Below, in pieces: positions 1-16,463 of a stretch of DNA of 64,000 nucleotides; position 1 is the stretch's first letter; the number at the start of each line of letters is the position of its first letter. The DNA is from Auanema rhodensis (taxonomy: Eukaryota; Animalia; Nematoda). Location: the NCBI GenBank assembly GCA_964057225.1, contig OZ059894.1, positions 5,580,001-5,644,000 of the forward strand, given 5' to 3'. The notes under the pieces are model-generated. The model searched no databases, had not been told where the DNA came from, and saw only the letters and a list, made by a program, of their open reading frames with translations. The position numbers and the translations under genes are program-made.

Positions 1-1
1 A

Positions 2-264
2 GTTCTTGATGCAAATGGTTGTGATTACGAACAAAGGGAACGATATCTGATTCTTTGTGTTCACGGTGATCCAAATGCCGATTCATTGGTACAATGGGAG
101 ATGGAGGTACTATATATTTTTGCTTGTTCTTTACTCGTCTATAATTTTAGGTGTGTAAGCTACCTAGATTGAGTCTGAATGGTGTTCGCTTTAAACGAAT
201 TTCCGGTACTTCTATCGGATTCAAAAACATTGCCTCAAAAATTGCGCAAGAACTTAACCTGTAA
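2..264 (+). CDS. par-1: PAR-1/MARK kinase, last two exons (C-terminal KA1 domain); gene starts upstream of window
   Basis: Exon 2-106, intron 107-150 and exon 151-264 translate to [72 protein letters not shown], the diagnostic MARK KA1 tail. Confidence 0.95.
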
Positions 265-906
265 AAATAAACCTGCTCATTCTCAATTCGTAACTACAAG
301 ATCTTCGAGTGAAGTTACTTTGGAGAAGTATTTTCTTAAAATTCACAATGCATATGAAAGGTATATTATCAATTCAAGCGTACTATAGTTAACAGTTAAT
401 ATTTTTTATATATTATCTGAATTGTTAATGTTGAAGGCACTTCTCTCATACATCATTCGTTTTCTTGTGATGGAACCTCTCTACCTTTTTTTGTAGCTCC
501 GTCATAGAACACAATTTTGTGAATAATATATTTAGTTAGCAAAACACCGAAAATAGCCTTAAGTAAGAGTTCAGCTATTTTTGCAATTATGTTTGCATTT
601 TATTCTTTGCTTTTTGTTTTCTTTTTGTTTTTTTTTCTTCGGATGGCTATCTTATCTTTTCACCAAAAGAAGTGAACTGCTTAGTGAGCTTGGTTTTCAT
701 ATATTTCCCACTAGTCCAGTAATCAGTATAGTGATTCATCGCTTTACTTATTGGTATTTAATTTGTCAGCGATTTGCGCCCAGTACTGTGATTGTTCTTC
801 TTCTATAGCGTGTATACGTCATTCTATGAATTTATACCTTTCTAGCAATTAATTTAAATGTTTGTGCGATGCGATCATTTTTTTATTGTTTTTTTATATA
901 TATTAG

Positions 907-1974
907 TTATACACGAATGTTTCCGATCAGAACATTGGGTTGTATTATCATAATAAGACCGCCCATTTCATTAAATTCTAGACAACTGTATGTTATCATT
1001 CCTATTATGGTTAGATATTCGCACAGGGCAAAAGTTTCATAACCTAAAATGGTGATATTAGGAGATATTGCAAGGAAATATTACCAAATGGGATACAGTA
1101 GAAGTCGTATAATATGAATGTTAGGAATAACATGAAGCCAATAATTGTGAGGAATATAACAATGTTTCTTCTTAAGTAATGCAAACTCTTAAATAGTTAT
1201 GGACTGTGAAAACAAATCGTCTCTATATAGGTATCAGAACAAACCCTTTCTGGATCTCTATCCATCCTCTTCATTGTTACCCAATGTGTTATTATATATG
1301 TATAGGTAAAGATTGCAAAAAGTATAAAAAAAAAAACATGAGCAGCTTAAAACAGTTTAGTTGGCTTATGTGATATAAATAATAAACCATACCACCACTT
1401 TCTCTTTCTCCAACAAGAGATAATAGTACGAGAAACAGTTGAGATAGACATCCATGAGTAACCATTACCTTTTTTATAAAATTCCATAAATTGTCTTCGT
1501 GTTGATTTGACGTACTAATCGACAGAATATCGGAAAATAAGGTTTTATTAATAAATATTGTTTGTAAGTTTGATTACAATTATTCCATACTATAAGCATT
1601 CGGATTGGTGTGCAGGATAATATAGCAACTTGAAAAACTATTCGTTCGATAGGTAAATTAATAACGCGAGAAACAGATGGCAGATATACGTTCTGCAATT
1701 AACAGATAATTTAAACGAGATATAAGAAAAGATTTGAAATCAATTTTTTTAATTTTTGACATATTTCTTACGTTAAATATAATTGGAATAAAAGTAGCTG
1801 ACTTACCCGACAATTCCATTTATAATCATAGAGAAAACTAGCGTGCTTACAATAGCCAATAATAAATGTAAGAATTAAAGGCAATATAAGTAAAGAATAG
1901 CTAAGAGCAGCAATATATTTTAATAAAAATACGCTTATAACGCTTTTTTCAAATGGTTTTCCAAATAAATACAT
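907..1974 (-). CDS. Frag1/DRAM/Sfk1-family (PGAP2-like) multi-pass membrane protein, ~6 exons
   Basis: The spliced translation includes WNCR/NVYLPSVSRVINLPIERIVFQVAILSCTPIRML, LLSLVGERE, AHVFFFILF and YCIPFGYETFALCEYL. These match the PGAP2/Frag1 motifs LPSxS...P.R, E..H..F..F and C...YxxFAxxEY. GT-AG introns join in frame to TAA at 907-909. Confidence 0.8.
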
Positions 1975-4900
1975 ATTAAACAGAGTATACTATTGAAATG
2001 CTATCAGTGCTCATAAGAATAAACATCTGGCTTTGTTTCTTGGGTTCCACTTTGTAACAAACGTATTATGCAGTTGTTTTGTGATATTATTCCTTTTCAA
2101 GGTCACATACATATTTCTATTCTACCCATCTCCAATATCTTGTTTGCTATTTACGGTTTTGTTTTATCATCTTTATATAAATTTCTTGAAGAAAAAATCA
2201 AGAATTTACTTTTTTTTCGGTAAAAAAAAATAAGTTGTTATCATAACTAGAAGTTTCATTCGGAAACGGGAAAGTGTAACTGATTCATGATGCATGGGAA
2301 TTAGGTGAACCGTTCGGCATCATTTTATATTGAGTACAGATTAAGGGCGGTTGATTTCCAAGGTAAGTTGATTTTCTTTCTTTCTTTTTTTCTCAATTTT
2401 ACATACAGAAATCATACCAGAATCCGCTTCTCAAACAATTAAAGAACCTTGGTGAAATATTCATTTTCTGGCTATTCTTCTAAAAATTCATCTTAAGAAA
2501 GAATACAAAAGGTTCCATGTATCGTTTGCAATACTATATTCAAAAACACTTCATGTATTGCGAACAAACACTGATCGTTCTAACTGATTTTTCTATTTCT
2601 CCTTTTCAAAGAAAATATTTTGATTTTCTCCAAGTTTTTTCTTCTTTCATATACTGAATACAACGATGTAGTACTATTACCACGCAATAAACATTATTTA
2701 GCAAACCTGACGAGTTTGTCTTATTTGATTTATAGCTTTCCTGTTTTGGTGCATTATTTCTTACAAAACTTTTAGATGAAGCTCAATTTAAATAGTTTAT
2801 TTTTATTTAACACATGTTTGTCACAAAGCATTCCTTGTTTCCAGCATTAAAAACTTGTTCAATTCATATTATTTTGAAGGAACGTTGTTTTTTTTTCAAA
2901 TTGAAAAGCATTTTTCAGATACTTAATTCTATTCTTTCATGAACTTCTGATAATTCGATAAAAATGTAGAAGAGCTTCTCTCGACCTTCGTTTTACTGAT
3001 CTGAAATGATTGATGACAGTAAAAGACAAATAGATAAACACAAAGTATTGTGAATGCTAGCAAGCGAAGAGAGAAAAATGCGCAAAGGTTACAAATATGG
3101 TAAGACATTTTGAGGTTTGATACTTGTTCTAAAGTTGTGTGCAATCACAGGAGTGAGTTCTTTCGTTCAAACATCATGTATTTGCGTTTGTCGTGGCTCA
3201 CTGTTGCTAGAATCGTTTCTTCCTTTTTAGTTTTTACTTCTCTCTTTAATGCAAGGGAATATGGCGATTTGAATAAATTCGTGAGCTATGAAAAGATTGT
3301 CGGCATTTTGAAAAGCTAAATAAAGATTCTCTCAAGTTCCAAGCTTAATGCGATTTCGAATATGTGTGTATGTTCATTTCTGTTCATTTGGGCATGGAAT
3401 CCCGAAACTATCAATCAAGATGAATAGTATTCATGAAGATCTTGCATAGATAACAACGAGTAGAAACAGATGTCTCTTCCTTGAATAAGACTGTCAATTT
3501 TCGTTTAATTGAACCCCTCGCACACACATATACGCAAAGTGAAAAAGAAAGGCATGATGATGTAAGAGACCTAAGCTAGCTAGTTCTCGTTCTCGTCTTT
3601 TCCTCGTCTTCTCTCCAAGTTTAACACTATTATTCTCTTCTCATAGCATTTTCGCTCTCAGCCTCGTCGCCTTCTCTCGCACTAAGGTAGCATCTACCGA
3701 AAACCGCTATTCTTTTTCTTTTCTACAACTATATGCAAATAGCAACAATTTTCATTGACGGTTAGATTCTTCTTTGGCTTGTAGTGCCAAGCATTTCACC
3801 AGTTGCGTCATTCTTTTTTTTTTGGTTTTTTTCTTTGCCTTCACCCATATTATGGTTTCATTTTCTTTTAGGCTCATCATTAAGCACGACTGAGAAGCCG
3901 TTTATGTGATGCTAACGCTGCTATGAAGTGCGTATTCAAATGTTTATTCGATCTGTTCCTTCAATTTCATATATTCTCGGCTGAATATCAAATTTCGTGT
4001 GTCTTTCTGACTTTAGTCCTGGTCTCATAGTAATCATTCCAACTACGATTTTTACGAGATTATTGTTATTTTTATGTAACTTACGTACATCCTGAGATAG
4101 TTAATCTGTATATATAGAACTTAGATTTCTCTCGAGGTATTGTCTTTTTTCTGTTGTTTCATCTATTTCTTCACAAAATATATTCTTTCTCGCTTGTGAT
4201 ATCAACAATGAGATTTATTGACGATCTGAAATAAGAGCAACGGAAGAAAATCTAGAGAAATCCAGAGCTGATGATGTTTTCCGGAGAAACGAGATGCTAC
4301 TAAGAGAGTCAGCCGGTTGTCTCCCCGTATTCCAAATCGCGTCAAGTGTCTCATCATCTTGTCTTCCTGCTTGCTCCTTGTGTTCATGGGCAAATACAAA
4401 TGAAGACAATAGACAAAAAAAGGCAACGAGGCCATGTCAACAACCTGCGCTGTTTCTTCTAATCACTCCTCGATTCGTCTTGTAAATACGATGAAAGTTT
4501 TATTTTAACATATAATAGTTATTACAAATCAGCTCTTTCTTTCTATAGTTCTTTCTCCTCTTCATTTTGATATCCTCTTATACTTTTTATTTTACATACG
4601 CAGGTTTGTAATATTATGTAATATTTAAACTATTTTGTTTTACGTCGACTCTCATCCTTTTTAAGCATCTTTATTTTTAAAAATTGCAGTTTCTCCTCTA
4701 ACTTTCTTTTATCTGCGATTTCCATATGAAAATGACCTTAGCTTCTTCTTTCAAAATGTAAATCAGAACGTGCGAAAGAAAGACTAAACGAGTAAAATTC
4801 TTATACATAAAACAATTTAAATTTTTTTCTTTCTTCATATATTCTGTCAGATCCTATTAAACAGATTTACACTCACTCGCATAGGTCTCCAAATGTTGGC

Positions 4901-6347
4901 ACTAACGGTGAACAATAAGTTGCCGACGTCCTCTATTTACCCTTAATGCCTCACCTAAAGTTTTCATATCCTAACTCCTCGCCTAACCACACGACAGTGT
5001 ATCGTTAACAATTTATAGCATTCTACTAGTTATTGTCTACTTTTTGTACTGTTTTCTGGAAAAGTTCGTTTTCGATCCTCTATTCACCATCCATTTGCCA
5101 TGAACTAGATGTGCTACTCAGAAGAATCAATCATGCTAAAAAAGCATTTCCCATCATTCCCGCTACATTTATATATATATATGTATGTATGAACACAGTC
5201 ATGTCACCCCGTTCATTAGTTGAACTATCTTTTCTCGTGTTATTTACTTAGATCTATCATTATGAAATTAATACTTTTTTGCATCCTTGATCAGATTATT
5301 ATTAATATTCGTTTTTTAATATTATGTTCAATAAGTTGCAGATGTAAATGCCCATACATAGTCACCAACAAATTTCATCAAAATAATTACGTTGACTACA
5401 ACACATTTTTGATATATCGCAGTGTTTCTAATCCAAATGGATTTTCCTATATCTCTTTGTGTGAAACAATGCCTGATGAAGCAGCTAAATCATATTAACT
5501 TATCTATTGTTGGATAGCTTCTGATTGGAACTGATATATTATCCAAATTGGAACATTTTGGTTATAATGCCGTTAACATCAATCTAAACTGGTTTTAAGT
5601 GTCATTACAATCAATTATGACTTTCCGACAATTTATAGATGTATACTACACATATTTGGATTCTTACTTCTTTACCATATATTTATATTTCAATCTAAAC
5701 CACCCCCTTGAGATTGAGCTTTTTAATTGTGCTAATTGCTATACGACAATTCTGGAGCATAGCATACAAATTGGTTATTGTCAATCAAAATGCAGACATT
5801 TCATGTATAGCATAACACTTTATAACATTCCCATTCTTTAAAAATTTACTTTTTTTTCCTAGTTAACTAAATTCTATGTTTTTGTATTGCATTACTTTTC
5901 TTGTATTTCTTACACGAAAGAAACAATTGTGCATCTATATACTTGCTGTATCTAGTACTAGATTTTGCGTGTGTTGATGTATTTTTACATGAAAACACAA
6001 TCAACGAGGCCCACGGGAGCATTTCTTCTTTCACCAATTCCCACTTTTTTTTCTCGTAAGAACATTTTGAAGTATTTCCATATCTTTTGCTTAGCCATTT
6101 TTTTTGAAGTTTTTTCTCTCAACTATGCCGGATATACTAACTCCCCTAACGCTCCAAACAAAACAACAACACATTGAAGAATTGTGTCTCTTTTCTTCAT
6201 GTTGTTGTTCCATATCTTTATATAAATGCTCTAAAATGTCCTTACTCTTCCCGTGATGCTATTCCTGTGTCTCGAATTTCTTTTTTAGCTTTAAAATTTT
6301 GAGCAGTTTTTCTTACAGAAACCTTTAGCACATGAACTGACGTGCTA

Positions 6348-6900
6348 ATGCGGCTGTTGCAATATTTACTTCTTATTACTTTCTGTCAGATCTCTCATTT
6401 GAAAAGACATCATCATTTATATAAAGGAAGAAAATATGATTTGACGTTATTTATAAGGTATCATTAACCTGCTTCACAGAGACTTAAGTTAATCTTAGGA
6501 ACCATAATGTTAGTGACGCTACTTTTTTCCGTTTAGTCGGAGTTGACAACACAGCTGACTTCAACGTCACAGCGGGAAATACGTTTGAACATACTTTTGA
6601 GGTAATCGAATTTATATTTTCTCTGTGTCGGTTATCATTATAATACGTTTCGATACAGGTTCGTCGTAAAGGCTATTGGACCTTATTTGTTGAATTTCCA
6701 GGCGACCGATACGCCAGATCACCCCGCAAGGTAAAATTTTGGTATACATATTTCTTCAAGCTATTCATTCTCAGATAATATCAAGAGATTCCTATAGGAA
6801 ATGGGTGATGGAAGTATATTACTATCCCGGTGCAGTTGGTTTTAGTGAATGGCACAAATTAAGTCGAAAAAGAGAAGCCCGTTTACTTGGAAAGCATTAA
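6348..6900 (+). CDS. Small putative secreted protein of unknown function (~136 aa, 4 exons)
   Basis: Three short GT-AG introns give an unbroken frame MRLLQYLLLITFCQISHLKR...YDLTLFIRNHNVSDATFFRLVGVDNTADFNVTAGNTFEHTFEVRRKGYWTLFVEFPGDRY...EARLLGKH*. It has a hydrophobic N-terminus and two NxS/T sequons. Confidence 0.7.
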
Positions 6901-7720
6901 TAGATGTCGGTTAAATATGTAATATATACAAGGAGCTCGCATGATCCGGTTTCTAAAGGCTTAATTGCTTATTATCGTCATATTTTATTGGATAAGATAG
7001 TACAATATACAAGTCTTTCTTTTTGAAATCATCAAACTATTATCCCAAAATTAGCATTTAATATATTATATAGGGAGCGTTGATTTTAAACAAGAGTGAA
7101 AGTTTTGAGATTTCGCTGATAACTCATACACGATTTTTATGTGAATATATCGTATCACTTCGCTAGAACAATAACTACTACAGCCAGAAATATTTATCAT
7201 GCGATGTATAATTATATTGAAGCTTTACTTTACGTATACATATTCGTGTATGTAATGAAGGATATTAATAAAATGTTTTTCTTTGCGTTCTTGAAAACTT
7301 TTCAATTCAAATATTATATTATTATTCATAGTACATTTGTGATATTTCAACAATGACGAATAAGATTAGAACTACCTGTGTAAGTTTTAGCACACTGCTT
7401 AACTCATTTAGAAGTTTCGTTAGTGCTAAACGATTGTGTTTACGACAAATATATACCAGCTTTACTCGAATAATTCCAAATAGGTTACACATAACATTTT
7501 CTATATATATATTTTTTTCATATCTAAGTAGTAATATACCCCATGCAAATGAAGGAGAATGGACAGCAATAGCATCGTTCCTCTCCTATATTAGAGGCCA
7601 TTGAAGTGACCCATCGCGAAAAATACCATGCTCTACGGAACATAAGCATTTTGAATTATATTTCACTAGATTTTATTGAGTATTTCTAATTAATTCAAAT
7701 CGTGATGTTCTAAAACTACA

Positions 7721-7753
7721 ATGGTTGCAAGTTGGACAACATCGGTAATAAAA

Positions 7754-7791
<38 letters not shown>

Positions 7792-10700
7792 AGGTGATTT
7801 CCAAACTTTGGGACTTTGATGGCTCTCTTTCTGAGTTAGACTTCCTTCTCAGACAATGTTTAATAGAAACGAAGAGATCACAAGAAGAATTCAAAAAATT
7901 AGCCGGTGAGATATAAGTATTGTAAAAGTTTATAAGCATTCGATTACAACAGACGATCTACTAAATGCAGCTACTATGCCTTCAATTCCAGATCAAAAAC
8001 TGTTGAATTGCCTGAAAATTTTAGTTCATTCAAAGGTAATAGAAAATTGTTATATTTATGTTGAGCTGCTCATTGATTAAGTCAATAAATTGGTCTGATT
8101 TTTTGAGCACAATAACTTTGTTCAAAAGTTTACGTAAAACTACCAGCGTCGAAGCGCTAGTTGTGCTTCTTGACGCTGAACGAGGAAATATATCGTAAGT
8201 ATTTTTAAGATTCTAAATAGATAGTTTTATCCTATAGGTGTTGTTTCAATAATCAAGAGGCTTGCGATCAACTTGTTCTTGCCAGTTTTAAACTTTTGAA
8301 GTGGCTCTCTAACATACTAAACGTGAGATATACCATGCTATCATTTTTACCTAATTCTTATCATTCAAGGACTATATGAACGAAGAATATGGTAAAACCT
8401 TAATTAACACTATATTAGACACTACACTGCGCTATATGAGGGATCCTTTTTTTTTTCAAATTATTAAAATTGCTGTGCCTGACCATGAAGGCATTTTACT
8501 TTTATTCGACTGATCTAAATAGTTTTTTATTAGATGAATACCAATCAAGTGTTACAAAAGTCATCGAAGAACTTGCGGAATCTTTTATTGATGAATATCC
8601 GAATCTAATGGAATTGCAAACATTAGTGGAATCGTATGGGTTTCACACTTAATTTCTAATTTCGAAGTTGATATACTGTTTTTCAGTATTTCACAACCAA
8701 TTACTTACAAAACTGAAGATTTAATTTTATCGCTTTGCAAAAAGCAGGTAAGGAAATATGATAGAACTATCAGGAAATTTGAGTTCAGAACCGGTCAGGA
8801 ATAAAAAGTTTAACAGCTGTATTTATGGCTCAAAGAACTTTAACTCCCGTTGTTGAAGTAGCTGAAACAGTATGTGAATTTGTTTTTTTATATGAATGTG
8901 AATTTTCAGCTTATAAACTTTGCTGCTATATTTGAGTATAATAAGGAAGAATTGTTGTCTGATTTTTTCCAAGCCACCATTCTTGTTATGGTATGAGATA
9001 AAATTCTTCTTAGTTTCATTATTGATTTCAGCTCGATCATCAGAATACTCGATACGACTTGAAAGCATTAGGCTTACATTTCTTTTTCAGTAAAACTCCA
9101 AAGATTATACAGGTGTGCAATGGTTTGAATTTCGGTGTACACTACCAAATTTTCAGCACTTAGTCAAAGTTGAATTCATAACTAGTGAAGTATTATGTGA
9201 AACTCTTCGCTCACTTATAAGTCGGTTTAAGCAGGTTAAAAATGCGCAACAGTATTTTAAAAAAATTTTATTTAAGGAACTTGATGAATTAGATGCAATT
9301 TTTAAAGAGAGCTCTATTTTACGCTTATTGGAAGCATTAAAAGTTTTATCAGATGAACAAAGCTCTGAATTGAAAGATCTAAGGTAAAGTGCTCGGAACA
9401 TATGAACTTTACTGAAATATTCTAGGTATTCACAGATTAAGGCGAATGTAGAATTAAATCATCATCTGCTTTCAAATCCAGGTGATATCAAACCTTTGAA
9501 TACTATTCTAAAAGGATCAGTTATGCGAGCTTCGGTTGAGAAGATATGGGAATTCAAAGTAAGGCATATGCATGTTGATTGTTTATTTTCTGGTTATAGG
9601 ATAAGTTAGATATGATGATACCTCGTTTTTGTGGCAGTTATGGTATTCTTTTGGATTCTATTATTGGTTCGTACTCTGCTGATGGTAGTGTTACTGATTT
9701 TTCTAGGAGATTAGCTTCGTGAGACTGACGACATTTTACATTATTCAGACTGGCACTTTCAGATTTTGTCGCGAGGCTGAGGTTGAGATGATTAGTGCTG
9801 AACGTTCTCAACTGTTTGATGGATATTTTATTTGTTTGATGAGATTGGCTGTTTTTTATCCCTTTTTGGTATTTCGTTTAATATTCATGAAATAGGACGA
9901 GTTTTCAGACATTAGAGTCAATTGTGTCGGGAATAGATAATAGTTCTCCAGATAATCAAAATGGAATTTTGTAAGTCTTTACCATTAACATTTGTTATTA
10001 GTTCAGTTGTCTAGTTATCGATGGTCATCTGACTTTATTCTACACATTATGCCCAATGCTTCTGAAGTTCAGGATTCTCCAACACGAAAAGTAAAGGAAC
10101 ATTTTCTATAAGTACATTTAAATCATATTATTTTAGCATTTCTCTGGTGTAACAGACGACATGAAGCGGGAATATAGAGATCGTATTCTTCGCTTACAGG
10201 AAGGAGAAATTTTTTGGAATGATCAGACGTAATTATATTGATGTAATCTAGTTATTAAAGGTAGTTAAAATACATTTGCAGTCAATCATGCAGAGATGTG
10301 ATTGAGCTTGTGCCTGTAATTGGCTCTGTTTGGCTAGACTATTTCAAAGATCGACGTTCAGAGCCAGAATTTCTGAAAAATTCGTTTAAGGTTTGTAAGT
10401 TTTATTTTTTTAAAGTGTTGTTTCTATTTCAGAATGTTGTTTTCTGCTTCCAACGCGTTACGTCTGCTGTAATTTGTCTTTCACAGTGGCTAGAGAATCA
10501 AGTTTTTTAACTGTTAACTGTTAAAGATATTACAACAAATTTAGGAGAATAATGACATTAGAAGAGCGATGGCATCAAGTATTATTTTCGGCATAGATGA
10601 ACAAATTAGGTCAATTCCCAAAGAAACTTCTGAACGATCGATGTATGTAACTAAATCAAATCAATAATAAACAGAAAAATATTCCCATTTATACAGATGG

Positions 10701-11963
10701 CCAGTGGTGCGAAATATCTGTAATTACTACTTGAGCGATATATGTAATCCATCTCTGCCTCATCCTCTTTCAATTACTCTGAAATCCATTGCAATCAGGA
10801 GTTTCCCTAATTGTTCCAGATTACAGGTTGTTCCTATTCCTATTATATCTTATTATAACATTTAATCATTCAGGTACCTGATCCAAATATTTTGAAAGAT
10901 TGTTGGCTCTACGCACAAAGGCAAAATTGGTTTAATCATAAAACTCTAACCCTGATAAATCGATGCAATCAAGCTGAAGATCACAGAACCTGGATAAGGG
11001 TAATTTTGTATTATCGAGACAATAGAGTTATCAATTTAGTTTTTTATAAATTATCTTATGCGTTTAATGGCTCAGGATGTTATGGCAAAAGCAATTGAAT
11101 TTATTTGTGCAATTTTGCTACTTGATCCTATAAGTTCTATACTAATTATATTGGAAGTTGGGTTCCCTGAAATGACATAATCATCAAAGTTTTATTTAGC
11201 TTTTATTTGAATATCTTCTACAAATAGAGAAACGGAGTGTTTCTGAGAAAGATGAAACTAATAATAAATTGAAAAAGTCAAAGGGACGAGATGTTACAGA
11301 CGGACCTGGTATTCAACATGAGGCTCCTCATGTACTACCTTTGGTGAAATTAACTGTTCAGGTTGTGGTTATTTAATACAAACATGTAGTGAATATTTTA
11401 GGTAATGTATATTGGAATATGGTTAGTAGATTTCAAGAAAGGATTTAATATGGAAGATTCTGAACAACCAGAGTCAAAGCGCTTTAAAGCTGAACAGAGT
11501 TCTGGTATGTTTTTCTTCTATAATTTTTCTTAATCTTAATTATCATTAAGATGAATCTCAGCTTGATCTTATATTACCCACAATACGTAAATGTATTCAG
11601 CATATGAATAAGGAAGTCAAACAAGGTTAGTTTTTAAATGTTCTATGATGTAAGAATCGATTTATTAAATTAAGGCGTATTCACCCCAGCTGTTTCGGCT
11701 GTAATGCACATCGTGAAGAACATAGCTTCCACTCCTCCTAATCGCTGCAAGGATATTTTACTGACACTTATTCCGCCAGATTTAGTAATTATTTCAAAAA
11801 TTTCATAAAATATCCCCATTTTAAGGTCTTCCGGATGGGTCTAGCAGATCCGAGCTCTGTTCCGTATGAAATGTTTGATACTTTCTGTGATCCTAAAAAT
11901 ACTGATCATATCAAAAAGCGTGTTCGATATCTGTGTATGTTGCGATCTATGGGTGCTTTATAG
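7721..11963 (+). CDS. lin-25: Mediator subunit MED24 (LIN-25/MDT-24) ortholog, many short exons
   Basis: N-terminal DLLNAATMPSIPDQKLLNCLKILVHSKSINWSDFLSTITLFKSLRKTTSVEALVVLLD...ISCCFNNQEACDQLVLASFKLLKWL and the later LHFFFSKTPKIIQHL align with recalled MED24 segments (LLEQA..GPSPNPLILSYLKYA...LSC...EEC..LC; FTFLKIPQVL). The last exon ends ...YLCMLRSMGAL* at 11963; I did not check the frame of every internal exon. Confidence 0.8.
7756..7785. repeat. (TA)n microsatellite in first intron of lin-25
   Basis: Direct TA run. Confidence 0.9.
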
Positions 11964-12654
11964 CTTTTGTTGATCTCGTTTTTATATTTGTACTTTCTGA
12001 ATTCAATAAAACGTTTAAACGAAAAATTTCACGTACTAACATATATTCGAAGGGATACGTGATAAATAAGCTTTTCTTTTGCTTCCCGAGTCAATGCACA
12101 TAGCTCACCCATCATTGATTTCGCTCTGCAGAAAGAGAAAATTTCTGTTTTGCACGTACACTGGCTGTGCAGGCTTCAACTTCCTAGTCCAGAGCTTTGT
12201 CGATTTTACTAGCCGACATTAAACTCGCATCTTTCTATTCCTTATAATCATCTCATTCGTTAAATTCAGCATAAAACCTTACGTTTTCTTATCTGCAATT
12301 CAAAACTAAAAAGCTACTGATAACATATTACTTGAAGATGTTATTAATTTTTTGCCCATTGTCCAATTGTCCATTTAGTTTTGACACTTGACAAAAAAAT
12401 ACAAAGTTATGTTGCATTATTTAACGTTCTTAACATCTTATGTCACTGAATAAGCTGTTCTAGTCTGAGCAGGTCAAAGTACAACTAGGTGTTACCGAAA
12501 GAATGCTGAATTTTCGCGGTTGTTTTCGTCTCTGCTTTTATATTGATTCCACTTTGTATCGTATGTTTTCTCTCTCGCTCGTTGTATCACTATCAGCTAT
12601 CTTCTTCTTTTCCCCGAACTTCTCCTTGTCATTTAGTGAAACATTCAGAAGGAA

Positions 12655-16203
<3,549 letters not shown>

Positions 16204-16463
16204 AGTTCGAGCAGTATTACAGTTTTTTTTGCGCAACGATGAATGAAAATTAATATCGTTTTATTATAAGGTTTTATGATACATAGTTTGCTTATATAAA
16301 TTTTTTCTTCTGTAATTTTACTAAAATTGTTGTAATATTTTTATCCTCATATAATGTAATCTTAAGTTTTATAAACTTTTTTGTTTCGTCAAATGATTAT
16401 TATTTTTTTTTATTAAAAGTAAAGAATAGTAGTGAATATATGGTAGTCATAAAATATAATAAT

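Noticed and set aside
2250-5850. Exon-like fragments and short ORFs between the PGAP2-like gene and the orphan secreted gene
   Set aside because: Isolated splice-like signals could not be joined into a consistent frame, and no family motif was seen.
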